A stretch of 64,000 bases of DNA from Vermamoeba vermiformis (taxonomy: Eukaryota). Within the stretch, counting starts at the first letter, position 1, and every line of letters begins with the position of its first letter. A program made the position numbers and the translations under genes. The stretch covers positions 1-64,000 of the forward strand of contig JBEWZL010000202.1 of the NCBI GenBank assembly GCA_045837725.1, in the 5' to 3' direction. Positions 25,838 to 37,125 of this stretch are shown here, in pieces. The notes beneath the pieces were generated by a model. That model did not search any database and was not told the origin of the DNA. It saw nothing but the letters and a program-made list of their open reading frames with translations.

Positions 25838-26032
25838 CTGAGCTGTGGTGATTCAAGTTAAACAAAATATACATGACAAAAATAACAACGAAGGACCTGT
25901 GATCTTGCAGTTAGGTGAAATTCGTATTATTCGACCGCGAACAAGTTTTTTAGCTGAACCCGTCTTGAAATTTCACGTGATTGCCAAAAATAGTAACAAA
26001 AACAGATATTTACATTCAGTACAAATACAAGG

Positions 26033-27209
26033 CTATATTACATGTTTAGCAACCGCTGTGACTTCATCGCGTGTGTAGAACACTTTAACGTCCGCAACGC
26101 CGTTCGTTTGTGCTTGAGTGAGACATTGTGGCGAACAAAAGCGAAAGACGAGCGGGATGTGCACTACGTCGCAGCTGAGGTGATTGAGATTTGAGAATCC
26201 AATGCGCTCGAGCTCATTGGTGCAGAACTGCTTCTCACAGGTAGCGCAGGTCAATGTTTGGTCAAACAACAGGTGCCACAGCTCTTCGGGCATGGCTCGC
26301 GGACTCGCGTCACACCACGACTCGGCCAGGCTGCTGTTGACTATGACACGTGATGTCAGCCCTAATAAGGAAGGTATAGCACGTGGCTGAGGGGCAGTGC
26401 TCGTGTTAGGAGCCGGTCGCTTGACAAATCGATTGCTGTCGATGGCGAAGTGGTGCAAAGAGGTGCAGTGCAGCAGTTCCGCAGGCAAGGAGCGCAGTTT
26501 GTTGCAGCGCGCAATGAGTACTTCTAAGTGCGCCAACTGTCCGAGTGTGGCTGACACCTCTTCGACTTGATTGAACGCAAAGGCCAGCTTGCGGAGTCGT
26601 GGCAGATTCACTCCGAGCTCAGCGGGGATGTGTTTCAGACGATTGTAGTTCATCCACAATGTGTGCAACTAAATAGTGATTGAGAAACCATATTCAAGGT
26701 GCTCGTATTGTCGTACCTGCGTCAATTCGAACACAACGGGCGGGATTACTTCGAATCTGTTGCCTGAGAGTGCCAAGACATTCAACGTCTTATGCAACTG
26801 CTTAATGTCCTCGGGCAAGTCGTCGATCTTGTTGTTGAGCAAGTGCAGCTCGCGCAGATGGGTCAGTGTCGCAATCTCGCGTGGAACGCTCTCGATCTGA
26901 TTTCCGGACACGTCCAGCAGTTCGAGATTGACTAACTGGCCAATTTTAGGCGATATATGCGTGATTTCATTGCCTATCAGATAGAGGTGCTGGAGAAAGC
27001 AAGATGTCAGTTCACTTAAAATTCAATTTAGGTTCGTAGTCCTCCAAAAAATCAGGCGTATAAGCAATACGTACCTTTAAATGTTTAAGGTCAAATATAG
27101 CTTCAGGTATCTCGCGCAGTCCCCGACAGGAGATATCCAGCTTCGGATCTTTTGTCTTTCGGTTTTGGTCAATGCACCGCTGCACTTCTTCCATCATTTG
27201 CGCATTCAT
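26033..27209 (-). CDS. leucine-rich repeat protein, LRRC58/LRRC28-like with BC-box-like and Cys-rich tail
   Basis: LRRs followed by PSLLGLTSRVI...PEEL, CATC and IPLVFRFCSPQC. Confidence 0.8.
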
Positions 27210-27432
27210 ATTGACGTATGTTCTTTATGCAAGTCTAATCATAAGATAACACAATTTTCGGTTTCGTGTTCTAATTTTGCGTTGATTTTCAGCTAATGTG
27301 GATGCGACCCCTAACTGTCAAAAGGGGCACGTGATGCGCCCTGGTAGATTACGATGCCCTGTGTGGTTGATGGCTTTACTATCAGTCTACTAAACTGTAA
27401 ACGGACAGCTGGCACCACGCATTTTTTGCACC

Positions 27433-28928
27433 ATGTTCAAGCTGTCGTTGGTGTTGCAGATCTGCTTGATCTGCGGTTTGACAGTGTTATATTGTCAAGC
27501 TGAATTAGCATCTATTAATAATGCTATGAATATTGAAGATAAAAAGACCCAATCAGCTCCTCTGGAGGGCGAAGTGGATCTTGTGTATTGTTTGTTCGAT
27601 ACCTCGTCCAGTAAGCGGCTATAATTCGCTAAATAATTTATTTATTTAATTTATGACCACACGCTATACGTACATAATTTTAGTAAATAGCAAAATATTC
27701 ATAATTGTTTTTTCAGTTAGTGTCACGGAGAGCAGTTCAACACAGCAGCAGAAGTACCACGAAGAGTTTGAAAAGGGCAGATATGTCGAATCATTTACTA
27801 GACATCGTACTTTGAGTTATTTGCGCTATTTTCTGCGAGGAGTAAGTTCGTTTGACTCGGTTAGATCCTCACCAACCTCACCTAGGTCACAACGAATATG
27901 CCATGGATTCGCAATCTGATTGTTGTAATGCCTGAATATGATCGAGTCTCACCTATTATCTCTGACAACCCTGCCGTGACTGTGATCCGACACCGAGATG
28001 TGAGTACAACCAGATCCGCTCTCAGTGCACCACTAACACCGCTGCAGTTCATACCTAAGGTCTACATACCAGTGTTCAACGAAGAGACCGTACTGCTCTT
28101 CTTGCACCTGATCCCCAACATCTCGCGCGAGTTCATCTACATGAATCAGCACATGTACCCCATCGCACCACTCACACCGCAGCACTTCAAGTCAGTTCCA
28201 CACGCATTGACACTCGTGCCCATTCGCATGCAGCGTGAGAGACCCAGTCTCGAGCCACACGAGGTCAGTGCCATCAACAACGCTGTCTCATTGGTCGTGC
28301 ATGGTCCCAGCACTGAGCCCGAGCACGTGACTGGTCTCGATTACGATCACTTTGCGCCCATGCTGTTTGACACGCATGTAATACAGGTACGTGTTTGACA
28401 CTTGTGACTGACATACCATTTGACACGTGTCACTAATATGTCCACCAGCGCATTCACGACTATTATCAACAGCACGTGACTGATGCTGCCTACAACAAAT
28501 TCCCCTCGCCGAGTGACATTTCATTTAAACACCTCTACGTGCATTACCTAATTAAGAAAGATCTGCACGCATCAACCGACAAGCGAGCACACGATTTGAC
28601 TCCAAGTACCACGGTGCACGTCTCCAACTGGACGCAGATCTCGCTCGCCAAACTGCAGTCCAACAACGTCACTGTGCTGCACGTGTTGCACGAGCTGTTG
28701 CGTGCCCCGTGGAAGACGCAAGAAAGAGACACGTTGAGTGTATTGCTCGCGTCACTGTACAGCCAAGTGCGCTCACCGTACGAAGCAGACATGCAGTACA
28801 TTGAAGCACGTGGGCTAATGTTAGGATTGGCGCTGATTGGCTTGTTTGTGTCCTGCACACTCGGTGTCACATTCCACTTTGACCTGTGGCGCGGTCCTCG
28901 TCGTGCTCACGGCACTAAGATTGCGTAG
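27433..28928 (+). CDS. Stealth-family (GlcNAc-1-phosphotransferase-like) type I membrane protein, degenerate
   Basis: Signal peptide; CR1 EVDLVY; CR2 LRYFLRG..MPWIRNLIVV..IPVFN..LHLIPNISREFIYMN; C-terminal TM. Confidence 0.75.
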
Positions 28929-29113
28929 AACACTCTCAATGACACGTGTCAAACAGAGCATGCCACGCGCAAGTAATCAGTCGAAACACTGCAAAGATCA
29001 GGAGCAGAACTAGAGGAGCTGATTGTGATTAATATTATACAAATCTTTTTTTATTCACAAAACTGATTTCGAATTAAAACTACAAGTACATTAAATATTG
29101 ATTCTTGTCGCCC

Positions 29114-31126
29114 TTAAGCGTGAGTGTCACCCTCAGGCTTGGACGAGTCGTTCGAGCTGAGTTGACCAGTGAGTACAGCTGATTTGTTGGTCGAGCTAAC
29201 GCCGACAGAAGTGTCGCTGCTGTCCTCGCCAGTGCCGAAGTGCACGCGACGCAACTTGGGGAAGAACAAGAAGAAGAGCACACTGCCGCCGATCAACATG
29301 ATTGCAAAGCCAATGATACCAGCCTCAATGCCGACATTGTAGGGGATGATGAGCATGATGGCAATGGCAATCACACCGATGAAGACAGTGTTGTAGATAG
29401 CCCAACCAATCGACTTGGACTCGTTGTAGAGCTTGCGCTTGACGTTCTTGATCTTGTACGAGACCAACACACCGCACACGAGCAAGACTCCCTTGGTGCA
29501 CAAGAAGAGGGCGACGGGCCAGACATCTGTGGATTGGCAAGTCAAGTATTCTTGAGTATCGCTGAGGAAGGTAGAAGTAGTATTGATGACAGGCTTGTAC
29601 GGATCAGCAACAGTCCAAGCGATGAGAATAGCGGATTCGATCAGAGTCATTGGAAGAACTCCCTTGAGAATGAGTTCCATGTTGGTAATCTTGAAGACCT
29701 TGAGTGAGCTCTTGGAGAAGAGACGCCAGATGCGGTAGTTCTTCATAATCAATGCGCTGTAAGTAATGCTGAAACCGAGACCGCCGAGCCAGATGCGCAA
29801 GTTGCACCAATTCGCCGAAGGAACACCCATCCAGAAGAAGACAGAGATGAATGCCAGTGCGCAGCCAAGGATGACAATGCTCAAGAAGACGGGTGACGAG
29901 GCACGGAAGACGATGTGACGTTGCTTGACTTGCACGTCAATGAACACGAGTACGGCGAGGAAGAGGAGGACACTGGCGACTACGATCAGCGCGATACCCA
30001 AGGGCGAGGAGTAGTCCACGAAGAGATCTTGGATGATGTCCGCGCGGGTGTAGTTGCGGATCATATTGAGGCCCGAGAGTGGTGCTTTGAAGGACAAGAT
30101 CTGCGAGAGAGACAAGCACGTGCCGTTGTAGAGGGCAGGAGTGACGCCAGGGAATGTACCACAGAATACTGAGTTTGGATTGGCGACGAGCGAGTTGTAA
30201 GCATTGGTGACTGTGCGACGAACATTATCGGAAGTTTGAGTCGAAAAGTCGCCGAGTGTCAAGAGACCAGTGTCAAATCCGGACCAAGTAGTTTTGTTGG
30301 CGTAAACACTGAAGTTACCGTTGGGAATGGTGTTGACGATACTGAAGAGTGGTGCTCCCCAGTCGTAGATGACGGAAAACATGCTGAGCTCGCCGACCAA
30401 GTAGCGCTGATCAGCAATCTGACCAACGCTCGGGATGGACATGTTGGTCCAAGCTTTAGCAGCATCAGTAGATTGAGAAGAAGCACAATCGACTTGATAA
30501 TCCTCAACCAAAATTCGGGCAACACCGTCTTCGAGCAGCGGGTCGTAGAAAGTGTCGGTGAAAGTCGACAAAACATTCGCATCTGGATTGACTGAGCGCA
30601 CGCCGAGGTAGAATGCATTCTCGTATGACCAGCTGAGCGATTGAAGTCCAATACCAAGAAAAGCGACGTTGTTTGTTTGCGTTTGAATACCGCAAGCAAT
30701 GCCAGCCAAGTAATAGCCTTCCCATGACTTCGGGTCGAGTTTTGCAACATTAGCACGACCAGTTCCAGCGAGGGCGATGATTTTAAAGTTCACGTTTGGG
30801 TAGTCGCCAGTGAACCTATTTTGCTCGTCCGAGTAAATAGAGGAAGTGATGAAAGCCATGTCAAAGTCTTCTGCAACTAGATTCTGCAACTCGGTGTAGA
30901 GGTTGTCAACGGGGAAGGACTGGTACAAACGAGCAGTGACATTGAAGCCTTGCATGAAAAGTTGTCGATCCGCGTATGCTCGTCCAAGCTCCATACGATA
31001 GTTGTAGCCAAAATCATTGATCGGATCTGAAAAGAATGCTGCCATTCTGAATTCAGCCGCCCACGTATTACAAATAATCATGCTAAGCGCAATAGCGCCA
31101 AGAATGAACCTCCGAAGTGTCATCAT
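29114..31126 (-). CDS. class C (GABA-B-like/Grl-type) GPCR with BMP/PnrA-like ectodomain
   Basis: Intronless 670 aa; signal peptide; DFGYNYRMELGR and EGYYLAGIACG (BMP); 7TM_3 motifs SSPVF, KNYRIWRLF, NESKSIGWAIYN, LFFPK. Confidence 0.92.
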   Translation of the reverse strand: MMTLRRFILGAIALSMIICNTWAAEFRMAAFFSDPINDFGYNYRMELGRAYADRQLFMQGFNVTARLYQSFPVDNLYTELQNLVAEDFDMAFITSSIYSDEQNRFTGDYPNVNFKIIALAGTGRANVAKLDPKSWEGYYLAGIACGIQTQTNNVAFLGIGLQSLSWSYENAFYLGVRSVNPDANVLSTFTDTFYDPLLEDGVARILVEDYQVDCASSQSTDAAKAWTNMSIPSVGQIADQRYLVGELSMFSVIYDWGAPLFSIVNTIPNGNFSVYANKTTWSGFDTGLLTLGDFSTQTSDNVRRTVTNAYNSLVANPNSVFCGTFPGVTPALYNGTCLSLSQILSFKAPLSGLNMIRNYTRADIIQDLFVDYSSPLGIALIVVASVLLFLAVLVFIDVQVKQRHIVFRASSPVFLSIVILGCALAFISVFFWMGVPSANWCNLRIWLGGLGFSITYSALIMKNYRIWRLFSKSSLKVFKITNMELILKGVLPMTLIESAILIAWTVADPYKPVINTTSTFLSDTQEYLTCQSTDVWPVALFLCTKGVLLVCGVLVSYKIKNVKRKLYNESKSIGWAIYNTVFIGVIAIAIMLIIPYNVGIEAGIIGFAIMLIGGSVLFFLFFPKLRRVHFGTGEDSSDTSVGVSSTNKSAVLTGQLSSNDSSKPEGDTHA

Positions 31127-32206
31127 GTGTAATAGGTACGACCTCGGATCTGAGTTGTGGTGTTCGAGTGAATACTCGTAAAGTTAATAACAAATAAATT
31201 AAACCAAAACGGTTTTGATTCATGGCCGGTTTGCCAATAAATTTCTCGCCTTTTCACAACTTTAGTAGACAATTATGAATTTTTGACGTTCGCGGAAGAT
31301 CTGATCCGATTAAATTGCGAGAAGACATGCTTAAGCAAATGCCCAAGCTAGGTTAATAGTTTGACTATAATGTCCTATGATTAAAGTTGCAAACTGAACG
31401 CGACAGAAATTATGTGAGCGATTTTGTATTCTAATTATGGCTTGTATGATGAGCGTAACGTAATCATACGCCTGAGCGTACAAAGAATTGAGTGAGATGT
31501 ATACGAATCTATTCAATACCGAAATCACCAAATCTATCTGCAGATGATAACAGTTGCTTTACCTAATAAGTAATTGTAAAAATGTATGGGATATACCTCG
31601 GGCGTATTCTAGAGTTGGCGTCATTATTACGGTGCTCTTAGACCGAATCCAGCATCATCGCACTGACGGAATTAACGACATTCAAAGCCGACCGTTTCAT
31701 ATTTCACTTTGTGAAAGATTTTTTTGTGACCCGTAATTACCCGAACAAAGGACTTTTCAACGCGGCCAAGCGACAGTAACTTGTACATAATAATGTGCAG
31801 ACATACCGCAGCTATGTGATGTGTCATTCGGTTCGGGCGGAACAATAGACGGCTATTTAATTGGTGGATCTCTCACGTGGCGAAATTCACCCTTCTGTTC
31901 AGAATCTGTCAGTTACTGGAGACGAAGGAGATGCAGGTCAGATTGCTACTTACAAGTAAACATATGTATTCTTTCGGTTGGCTTCCGAATTTGCCATTTT
32001 TCAAGCTGAGAACGGTCCCGTCGCACTTGACACTTTCGGTGATTGATGATTAATCATTGATTCATATTTGTATTTCCGTAGTTTGTCGGCTATGACTCAC
32101 TAATACCCCGCTCTTAAGGTGCCTTCAAGTAATCAAGCTGTCGAAAGCTGAAAAAATTATGTACAAAATTATTTATATACCTTTTCGGATATTCCACGAG
32201 GCAGAT

Positions 32207-34923
32207 CTAAAACAGGCCCCAGAACTTCTTTTTGACCACTACTACTGGTTGCGAAGGAGGGGCACAGAATACATTAATCAGAGCGGGGATCACTTCCACT
32301 TGCACTGGTTGTGGATTCAATTCAGCTTGTGAATTTTGCTCTGGCAATCGTTCACCATCGATGCCAATTAAGCTCTTTACGTTCTGAGCTTGATTCGGAT
32401 CTGAATATACAAAATTGTTAATACCAAAATTTACTTAATTCAGCAGGAAATCTAGTGCGTATGGCAATTAATTTAATGCCGCTCACAGAATTTCTATGCA
32501 TTACTCCGATTCAAATTGAAATGCAACGACCATTGTATAAGTATGTAATTTACGCTAATCAAGATAAATTTAGCTCAGTTTGCAAGCACAAAAATGAGAC
32601 GGATCACACAAAGCGATTAATTTTTGTTATAATTATCAACCGTTGCTGAAATCGGATGTTTTAGTAACAATTGCGAGTGACAACTTTACCTGGTATTAAC
32701 GCAAAAGCCTTGACTTTTTTGTATTCGACGATAGGGTCCTTCACGAAAGTTCCTTTCTCGATCTCTTTTTTGGTTCACAACGTCAGTTGATTTCAGAATT
32801 AAAAGTTATCAATTCAATACGCACCCATCAATATCTTCAACATGGCGCTGCGGCTTGTCTTGCGAATGACGACCAGATCCAAGTACCCGTCGCTCAAGTG
32901 AGCCCACTTTGCAACTTTAGCCTTGGACGATGTTCGGCACACGTTTGCCGCAGTGAAGAACATGAATTCGCCGGCCACACCCTTCGGCCATGACGAGAAG
33001 TCGCGCGGAATAATCTCGAGGTGGGGACCAACAACTTTTTCGGGCTTGGTGTTTGGATCATCCTCGGGCTCCGAGTCAGCACTAGTGCTCCGTTCTTCTT
33101 CTGAGTCCTGACTTTGACCGTCAAACTGCTTGTCCTCCTCTTCGCTGTCGGACTCGTATTGTGCGCGTCTGAATGAGCCAGACCGCTCGACTGAGTCATG
33201 CGAGGCCCTCTTGTCAGTCTTGACCGGCTCTTCTTTGACATTTGTGTTGGTGTCGCTCGTGTTTGCAGGGGTTGGTGGTGCTTCTGACTCGCGCAGCGAC
33301 ATGCGACACACAGTGCACGTATCAGAACATTCCTGAATTAGGTTAATGAACAAATTAGTGTAACCAAGAGGGAATCCCTAATCGCGGTACACACCGTTTC
33401 AGTCCAATTCTCCGCTGGTGCTGTGCATAACATGCCTGAATATGATTCGTTATCGAGCACTTTTTTAAATGCCTGGCAATAGCAATCAGTAACAGATCGC
33501 GATACAGAGTTAAAAATATATCTCGTACCATCAATTGAAATCTGAATGCGCCCATCCAACGCAAGACTTCGCTCTCGGCCTCGACTGCTGAGGTCAAGCA
33601 CCACGTGACTGACACGACGCCGTACATCTTGGCTTGATTTTGAATCACTGCGAACACATCCAGGGGACGTGTGAGTCCTAGGAACACGCAGATTAGCGAG
33701 ATAATACCATACACGTGCAACACTTGCCCTTGATAATGAAATATGCAGCTGTCACGGGGTCAGTGGCATCGAGTGAATTCGCGAGACCGTTGCCTGAACC
33801 TGAAGCTGGAATGACTCCCAATGGGATCTTGCGTGCTACGTCCCAATCTGGTCGTGCGAGCTATGCACCGGTGTTAGTCAACAGCGCACTAAGATACATG
33901 ATCATGTTCATGGCGCTAGTACTCACCAATCCATTAACGACTTCATTCACTGTACCGTTTCCTCCTGCCTAGATCAAGCGATCAATACAAAGGCCAATTA
34001 ACGTCTATTATGTACGTACTACTATAATGCCATCCATAGCCTCCATTAGGTTCAAATTAAATGCTAGTTCATATGCGTGGCCTTTACGCGTGGTCTCTGC
34101 ATGACGTTAGAACACGTGTTGAGCGGTCACTGTTCAGTCACTTACCGAGCTTATTTACATCGATGCCAGCAATTTTGAACATTACTGACACACTATCCCA
34201 TTGCCCCAGTGCTGTCTTATCGCCTGCAGTTGGATTGACAAATACTGTCATGCGTTTTTTGAACGGGATCTCTGTACGCAAAGAGTTAATTAAACTTTTA
34301 CTCACTAACAGCTTATGCGCTTACGATTGACGGGGATGTTGTGTATTTTAGCACGAATATATTGCACCCATTGCTTAGCCTCGTCAGGACCACTCATGCT
34401 CGTAAAGTTGCAAAATGCTCGTACTCGCTCTTTAGTGCCGACTTTCTTGGAGCAATAAAATATGACGAATTTGTTTTTAGACTCTCTGACTAACTTTACA
34501 CCTATCATAGACATATAGGAGATAAAATGCACACGTCCTATAGAAACGTAATTAATAAATGGTTGATCCGAAGAAAAACCACCCAATAATCTTCTGTAAA
34601 TTTTATAATGAAGCACTATTGTCTTTAAAATTAATTAAATTAATTATTCGATAAATAATAGCGATAGAATATTTGTTGCGGGTTTACTAACCAATTTCCG
34701 TTGCTCTGGTCCATCTAATCCCCTTGTCTGTAAGTTGAGTACCATACTTGACGTCCTCGTACAAAAATACGGAACTGATTAATACGTCTTTATTGTCCTT
34801 TGAGCTAGTGTCAAGTTCCTCCTCGAGATTGCCATCTAATAATGTACGCTTGAGGTTGGCTTGTGGTTGATTGCCTTGCTGCAATGTATTAGCCCATGTA
34901 GCGCTCAGGTTGGGGTCGGCCAT
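32207..34923 (-). CDS. ceramide/sphingosine kinase-like (PH-like + DAGK catalytic domain)
   Basis: VFVNPTAG, GGNGTVNEVVNGL, GVIPASGSGNGLA, ESEVLRWMG, CSDTCTVC, AHLSDGYLDL, GIDGE; many exons. Confidence 0.88.
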
Positions 34924-35474
34924 TGTTGCAGCTTGCTACGTCTTTAATTCAAATAAGGTGAAATTCGCGACAGTTACGGCAGTAAAAATTCTGCGATTTA
35001 TTTCACAAATACACGAACACTACGCTGTGAAATAATCGTAACATGTAACGGTCAATAGGTCCCATTACGTTATGTTAATTCATTAATCATATTCAGGCTT
35101 GCAAATATTTTTTTTGTACGCATCGGCGCAACCCTGCCCGGGTGCGTTGCTGTTGCCTTATGTATTGATTGATGTTGATGAATTACGGCACCGGTTTTAA
35201 CCCGTTAAACTCGAAAAAAAGGAAGGGAGGAATTCATGCTTGTGACAATCTCTATGCGAGTCTTAATGTATTTTCGTAGTAAGAAGGATTTTCCCTAATT
35301 GCTTGATCATATCTTTGTTTGTTACTAGCTGTTTCCGAATCTTGAGTGCTACATTCGATCAACGGTGCTTGTAGGCTTTCTTGTTGGCGCGTGCACAAAA
35401 CAAACACGAGGGGAAAGTTCCAAAGGCCGAGGTAAAAATATCATAGATTTAGGCGAGGTTTGTGTGCTGTGTGT

Positions 35475-35514
35475 CGACGTCGCAATTGATTGTTTTTTTT
35501 TCGTGCTGACGTCG
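35475..35514 (+). promoter_or_regulatory. two CRE-like GACGTC sites upstream of the bZIP gene
   Basis: cgacgtcg (35475) and tgacgtcg (35507), ~130-160 bp before the ATG; short motifs that could be chance. Confidence 0.25.
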
Positions 35515-35637
35515 GTTCTTTGAAAACTAATTTTTGACCACGCAAGGAGAAAAACAATGCTCCATTATTAGAACTATTTATTTATCGTGCACCACAAGAG
35601 CGTGTAGATTATTCATTACATCGCTCGCTGTATAATC

Positions 35638-37013
35638 ATGGAAGTAGAGGTCCAAGCCAACTATTTTGACCCTGCTGGGGAAATGGACATATTGCAGTAC
35701 TTCGCTACCGATGATTTTGATGCCTCTCCAGGCGCAGTTATTGTCGAAAGCTCACATTCATCACCCAACTCGGGTGTATTCAACTCCGATGAGCATGATT
35801 CAGATTCCGAGTCAGGCCTTCAAAACTTTAATACTTATATGTAAGTATTAACATAATATAATTCCATTTAAACCGATATCTTCGTGGGATATCAATAATT
35901 TCGAATTTTCGGTCTTGTTCCTGTTTCTTTCAGATCCGTGGATTAATTTAGGTATTCGTTAGGAGTGACCAATTGCCCGAGCAAGGCACCATATTAGCCA
36001 CACAAACATTACATGGCATTCAATCAGGACCTTTTTACAATGTACAAGCCTCTTCACCTCAGAGTGTTAGCAGCAGTCCCGAGATTGAACCAGCCGAAAG
36101 AAAGAAACGCGGCAGAAAGAGACGACGCACCGACGAGGGGTCAGTGGAGGTGACTGGCGATGAAGAAGATGTCGCCTTTGTCGCTTTATCACGCGAAGAG
36201 TTGTTGGAGATATCGAGTCGCGAATTGGAAGAACGAACCAAGAAGTTGATGGCCATTCGACCCCTCACTGCTGCTGAACAACGTGAGATTAAGAGACAAC
36301 GACGATTGATTAAGAACAGAGAGTACGCTCAAGCCTCACGTGCCAAGAAGAAGGGCAACATGAGCGAGATTAACTATCGCTTGCAAAGCCTCGAAGATGA
36401 GAACGAAGAGCTGAAGCGACAAGTGGCCTTGTTGCAAGCCAAGTGCAATGACTTGAGCAACGAGAACAACGACCTCAAGGCCAAGCTCAACACACAATCA
36501 GTGCCCTCGAGTGCAGTCAACAACGAGGAACAGATCGACATTTTTGCTCCGTCAGTCGAAGACAGCTCGTCATCGTCCTTCGTCAACACGTTGTTCTCTA
36601 ACATCACTGGCTTCATCAACCTCGAGCCCAAGAAGAGCTTTAGTGAAGCTACCAACAACACTGCCACTGCACTCAAGGCGGGCGTGTGCTTGTTCATGAT
36701 CTTCCTCTCCTTTGGCATCTTCTTCCAAGTTGGCACTGGCATGTTTGGCAAGATGGCCTTTGCTCCTTCAGACAACTTTGGCGATGATTTCAGATTCCGC
36801 ACGTTTGGTAGCCGCACTTTGAAGGGCTCCGACGATGTTCCTGCCGTCGAAGGTATTGACTTGGACAATGCTCTGCACCCTAAGAGCATGCCACATGTGG
36901 ATCATGGTCCGCTGACAATGGACGATGTGTTGATGGACGAGGCTGTCTCGTTCACTTCAAGCGTGCAAGTCAACAACACTAACGCTCAACTGCCGCGACA
37001 ATCGAACTTTTAA
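35638..37013 (+). CDS. membrane-tethered bZIP transcription factor (CREB3/ATF6-like architecture)
   Basis: Basic region RRLIKNREYAQASRAKKK, leucine zipper, TM AGVCLFMIFLSFGIFF, luminal RTLK motif; 2 exons. Confidence 0.88.
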
Positions 37014-37125
37014 GTGTTAAATGTTTGATACCCCTCTTGTAAATAATGTAAGATAAATCCCATTTTTGACTCTAATTCGTGTTCATTCGGTATGGTACAT
37101 CTATAATACAGTAGTGCTGGGGCTG

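Noticed and set aside
31127-32206. Hidden gene or ncRNA in the 1-kb intergenic gap
   Set aside because: Only short featureless ORFs and no recognisable RNA motif; probably GPCR promoter plus 3' UTR
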